A stretch of 64,000 nt of DNA from an uncultured Opitutales bacterium (GTDB taxonomy: Bacteria > Verrucomicrobiota > Verrucomicrobiia > Opitutales > Intestinicryptomonadaceae). The stretch's first letter is position 1. The number at the start of each line of letters is the position of its first letter. Positions 62,055 to 64,000 of this stretch are shown piece after piece. The DNA is taken from assembly GCA_944391135.1 (NCBI GenBank), contig CALXSL010000010.1:14225-78224 (forward strand), read 5' to 3'. The translations under genes were made by a program, and so were the position numbers. A model generated the notes under the pieces. It made no database searches. It was given only the letters and a program-made list of their open reading frames with translations, and had not been told where the DNA came from.

Positions 62055-62951
62055 GTGACAAGCATCGAAGAAGTAACAAAAAAGGCGTCCATACTCATCG
62101 AGGCGCTTCCCTACATACAGCGCTTCAGGGGCTCCATATTCGTCGTCAAATACGGCGGCGCGTTCATGGACGACCCGAATCCGCAGATACGCTCGATGGT
62201 CGCCCAAGACATCGCGTTCCTCGTCTCGGTGGGCATAAACGTTGTCGTGGTGCACGGCGGCGGCAAGGCCATTTCGCGCGCAATGGCGGGCTCGGGGCTG
62301 GAACCCAACTTTAAGAACGGCATGCGCGTCACCGACGAAAAGACGGTGAAAATCGTCGAGCATGTTCTGAACGAAGAAGTAAACAGGGAGATTGTGGATT
62401 TGCTCAAGTCGCAGGGCTGCGAAGCCTGCTCCCTGCCCGGCAACGATGTGCTCTACTGCGAAAAGCTCTACTCAAGCGACGAAAACGGCGCGCCCATAGA
62501 CCTTGGCTACGTGGGCAAGATAAAGTCGGTTAAAACCAAGCTTATCAAGAAGGCCATTTCCGAAGGCAAAACGCCCGTAATTTCGCCCATAGCGCTCGGC
62601 GCGGAAGACATGCACCCCTACAACACGAACGCCGACGTGGCTGCGGCCGCAGTCGCCAGCGCGCTCAAGGGGCGCCGCCTCGTGTTCCTATGCGACGTCC
62701 CCGGCCTCATGCTCGACCCCAAAGACCCCAAGACGCTCATATCGCACCTGCGCGTGGACGAAGTGGAAAAGCTCAAGAAGGACGGCATAATAGGCGGCGG
62801 CATGATGCCCAAAGTGGACAGCGGCGTCGAAGCCATACAAAACGGCGTGCGCCGCGTGCACTTCGTAGACGGCTACATGCCCCACAGCATGCTGCTCGAA
62901 ATTTTCACAGACAAGGGCATAGGCACGGAAATCGTGCGGATAACCGACTAA
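62055..62951 (+). CDS. argB: acetylglutamate kinase
   Basis: 298 aa, GTG start. [29 protein letters not shown]. Confidence 0.9.
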   Translation: MTSIEEVTKKASILIEALPYIQRFRGSIFVVKYGGAFMDDPNPQIRSMVAQDIAFLVSVGINVVVVHGGGKAISRAMAGSGLEPNFKNGMRVTDEKTVKIVEHVLNEEVNREIVDLLKSQGCEACSLPGNDVLYCEKLYSSDENGAPIDLGYVGKIKSVKTKLIKKAISEGKTPVISPIALGAEDMHPYNTNADVAAAAVASALKGRRLVFLCDVPGLMLDPKDPKTLISHLRVDEVEKLKKDGIIGGGMMPKVDSGVEAIQNGVRRVHFVDGYMPHSMLLEIFTDKGIGTEIVRITD

Positions 62952-62984
62952 TGGCCAAATACGGGCCAATATAAAAAATTTGAA

Positions 62985-64000
62985 ATGAAAACCGCGAACG
63001 AAAAAAAGAACAAGATGACGACGTCCGAAAAGACCTCCAAATACCTGATGCCGAATTTCGGCGTCCGCGACTTTGTTGTGTCGGGCGGCAAAGGCAGTTG
63101 GCTCTTCGACGACAAGGGCGAAAAGTACCTCGACTTCGGCGCGGGCATCGCGGTGACATGCCTCGGGCACGCACATCCGCGCTGGGCGAAAGCCGTCGCA
63201 AAGCAGGCGGCGGAAATCGCGCACTGCAGCAACCTTTACATGACAAGGCAGCAGGCCGACCTCGCCGAAAAGCTCGTCGAAAAGCTGGGGCCGGGCAAAA
63301 TGTTTTTCTGCAACAGCGGAACCGAGGCCAACGAGGCGCTCATCAAGGCCGCGCGCCTCTACGGCAAAAAGGTCACGGGCGCAGAGGGCAAAAAGTTCCG
63401 CATTGTAAGCGCGATAGACGGCTTCCACGGCAGAACGCTCGGGGCCTTGGCGGCGACCGCGCAGGAGAAAATCCAGAAGGGCTTCGCGCCGATCCTGCAG
63501 GGATTTTCGTACGCAAAATACAACGACCTCAAAAGCTTTGAAGAGCAGATGGGCGACGACGTCGCGGCCATCCTTATCGAGCCCGTACAGGGCGAAAGCG
63601 GCGTGACGCCCGCAGACCCGAAATTTTTGAAAGGCCTCAAAGCCCTCTGCAAAAAGCACGGCGCCCTGCTCCTATTCGACGAAGTGCAATGCGGCATAGG
63701 GCGCGGCGGCGCGTTCCTCACTTCGCAGAAAATGGGCGTGAAGCCCGACGGCGTGTCGCTCGCAAAAGGCCTCGGCGGCGGCTTCCCCATCGGCGCGGTG
63801 TGGCTTGCAAAACCCGTGCAGGACATTTTCACGCCCGGCACGCACGGCACGACGTTCGGCGGCAACCCGCTCGCATGCGCGGCGGCGCTCGAAACCCTCA
63901 ACGTTATCGAGAAGGAAAAGCTCTGCGAAAACGCGTCGAAGATGGGCGAAAGGCTCGGCAGGGGACTGGAGAAAATCGCGAAAAAATATCCGGGGAAAAT
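62985..64000 (+). CDS. argD: acetylornithine aminotransferase (3' end beyond window)
   Basis: Absent from the track (no stop in window). Own translation from ATG 62985 gives LMPNFGVRDF, FCNSGTEANE, GFHGRT, DEVQCGIGR, SLAKGLGGG. Confidence 0.85.
   Translation, partial: MKTANEKKNKMTTSEKTSKYLMPNFGVRDFVVSGGKGSWLFDDKGEKYLDFGAGIAVTCLGHAHPRWAKAVAKQAAEIAHCSNLYMTRQQADLAEKLVEKLGPGKMFFCNSGTEANEALIKAARLYGKKVTGAEGKKFRIVSAIDGFHGRTLGALAATAQEKIQKGFAPILQGFSYAKYNDLKSFEEQMGDDVAAILIEPVQGESGVTPADPKFLKGLKALCKKHGALLLFDEVQCGIGRGGAFLTSQKMGVKPDGVSLAKGLGGGFPIGAVWLAKPVQDIFTPGTHGTTFGGNPLACAAALETLNVIEKEKLCENASKMGERLGRGLEKIAKKYPGK

Noticed and set aside
59485-63659. Antisense ORFs 59485..60351 (-), 60732..61742 (-) and 62688..63659 (-) across the arg operon.
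   Set aside because: argC, argJ, argB and argD on the plus strand all carry diagnostic motifs. These are GC-rich shadow frames.

Overview
This is a 64-kb window from a GC-rich bacterial chromosome. The gene content (a PEP-CTERM protein with autotransporter-type beta-strand repeats, a GH53 galactanase, an arg operon) looks Lentisphaerota/Verrucomicrobiota-like, but that is inference only. Layout: (i) 1-7960 holds housekeeping genes: LtaS-like sulfatase-family protein, dinB, ygjP-like hydrolase, mazG, rsmA, an alpha/beta hydrolase, a DJ-1/PfpI protein and an O-antigen-ligase-like membrane protein. (ii) 7968-41943 is a ~34-kb siphovirus-type prophage with a lambda-like head module. It is bounded by a perfect 39-bp direct repeat that equals the 5' half of tRNA-Leu(UAA). 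(iii) 41990-64000 is housekeeping again: GH53 galactanase, SDR, AraC regulator, TIGR02453 protein, nitronate-monooxygenase-family protein, DUF362/4Fe-4S protein, trmL, smpB, rpoZ, 5'-3' exonuclease, glnS, DEDD exonuclease-BRCT, BASS transporter, PEP-CTERM protein, rplM-rpsI, argC-argJ-argB-argD. Nearly all prophage genes are on the minus strand, running from high to low coordinates: integrase, an AT-rich accessory arm, the early/replication module (AAA_24 ATPase, SSB-like protein, exonuclease, RuvC-like resolvase, MazG-like protein, SF2 helicase, primase-helicase), a sigma-like regulator, terS, GpA-type terL, portal, protease/scaffold, capsid, tail, tail fibre, a lysis cassette, and a terminal three-gene moron cassette. 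The most unusual items are listed here. (1) An early gene is built from ~47 tandem GGC-NNT hexamers and encodes a strict (Gly-X)n Asp/Ser/Tyr protein. (2) A plus-strand three-gene island (two SieB-like membrane paralogs plus a trypco2-like small protein) sits in the early region, with fully open in-register antisense ORFs. (3) tRNA integration polarity is reversed: the phage carries the 5' half, and the intact tRNA lies downstream of phage DNA. (4) A divergent pair of ribbon-helix-helix genes resembles an immI-type switch. (5) A tail-anchored 392-aa protein has a triplicated N-terminal module. (6) An iteron cluster is a candidate replication origin. (7) The SF2 helicase is split by a frameshift in its Walker A motif. 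All functional calls rest on motif recognition by eye and on gene order. No database search was possible, so family names are hypotheses to confirm with HMM or structure searches.
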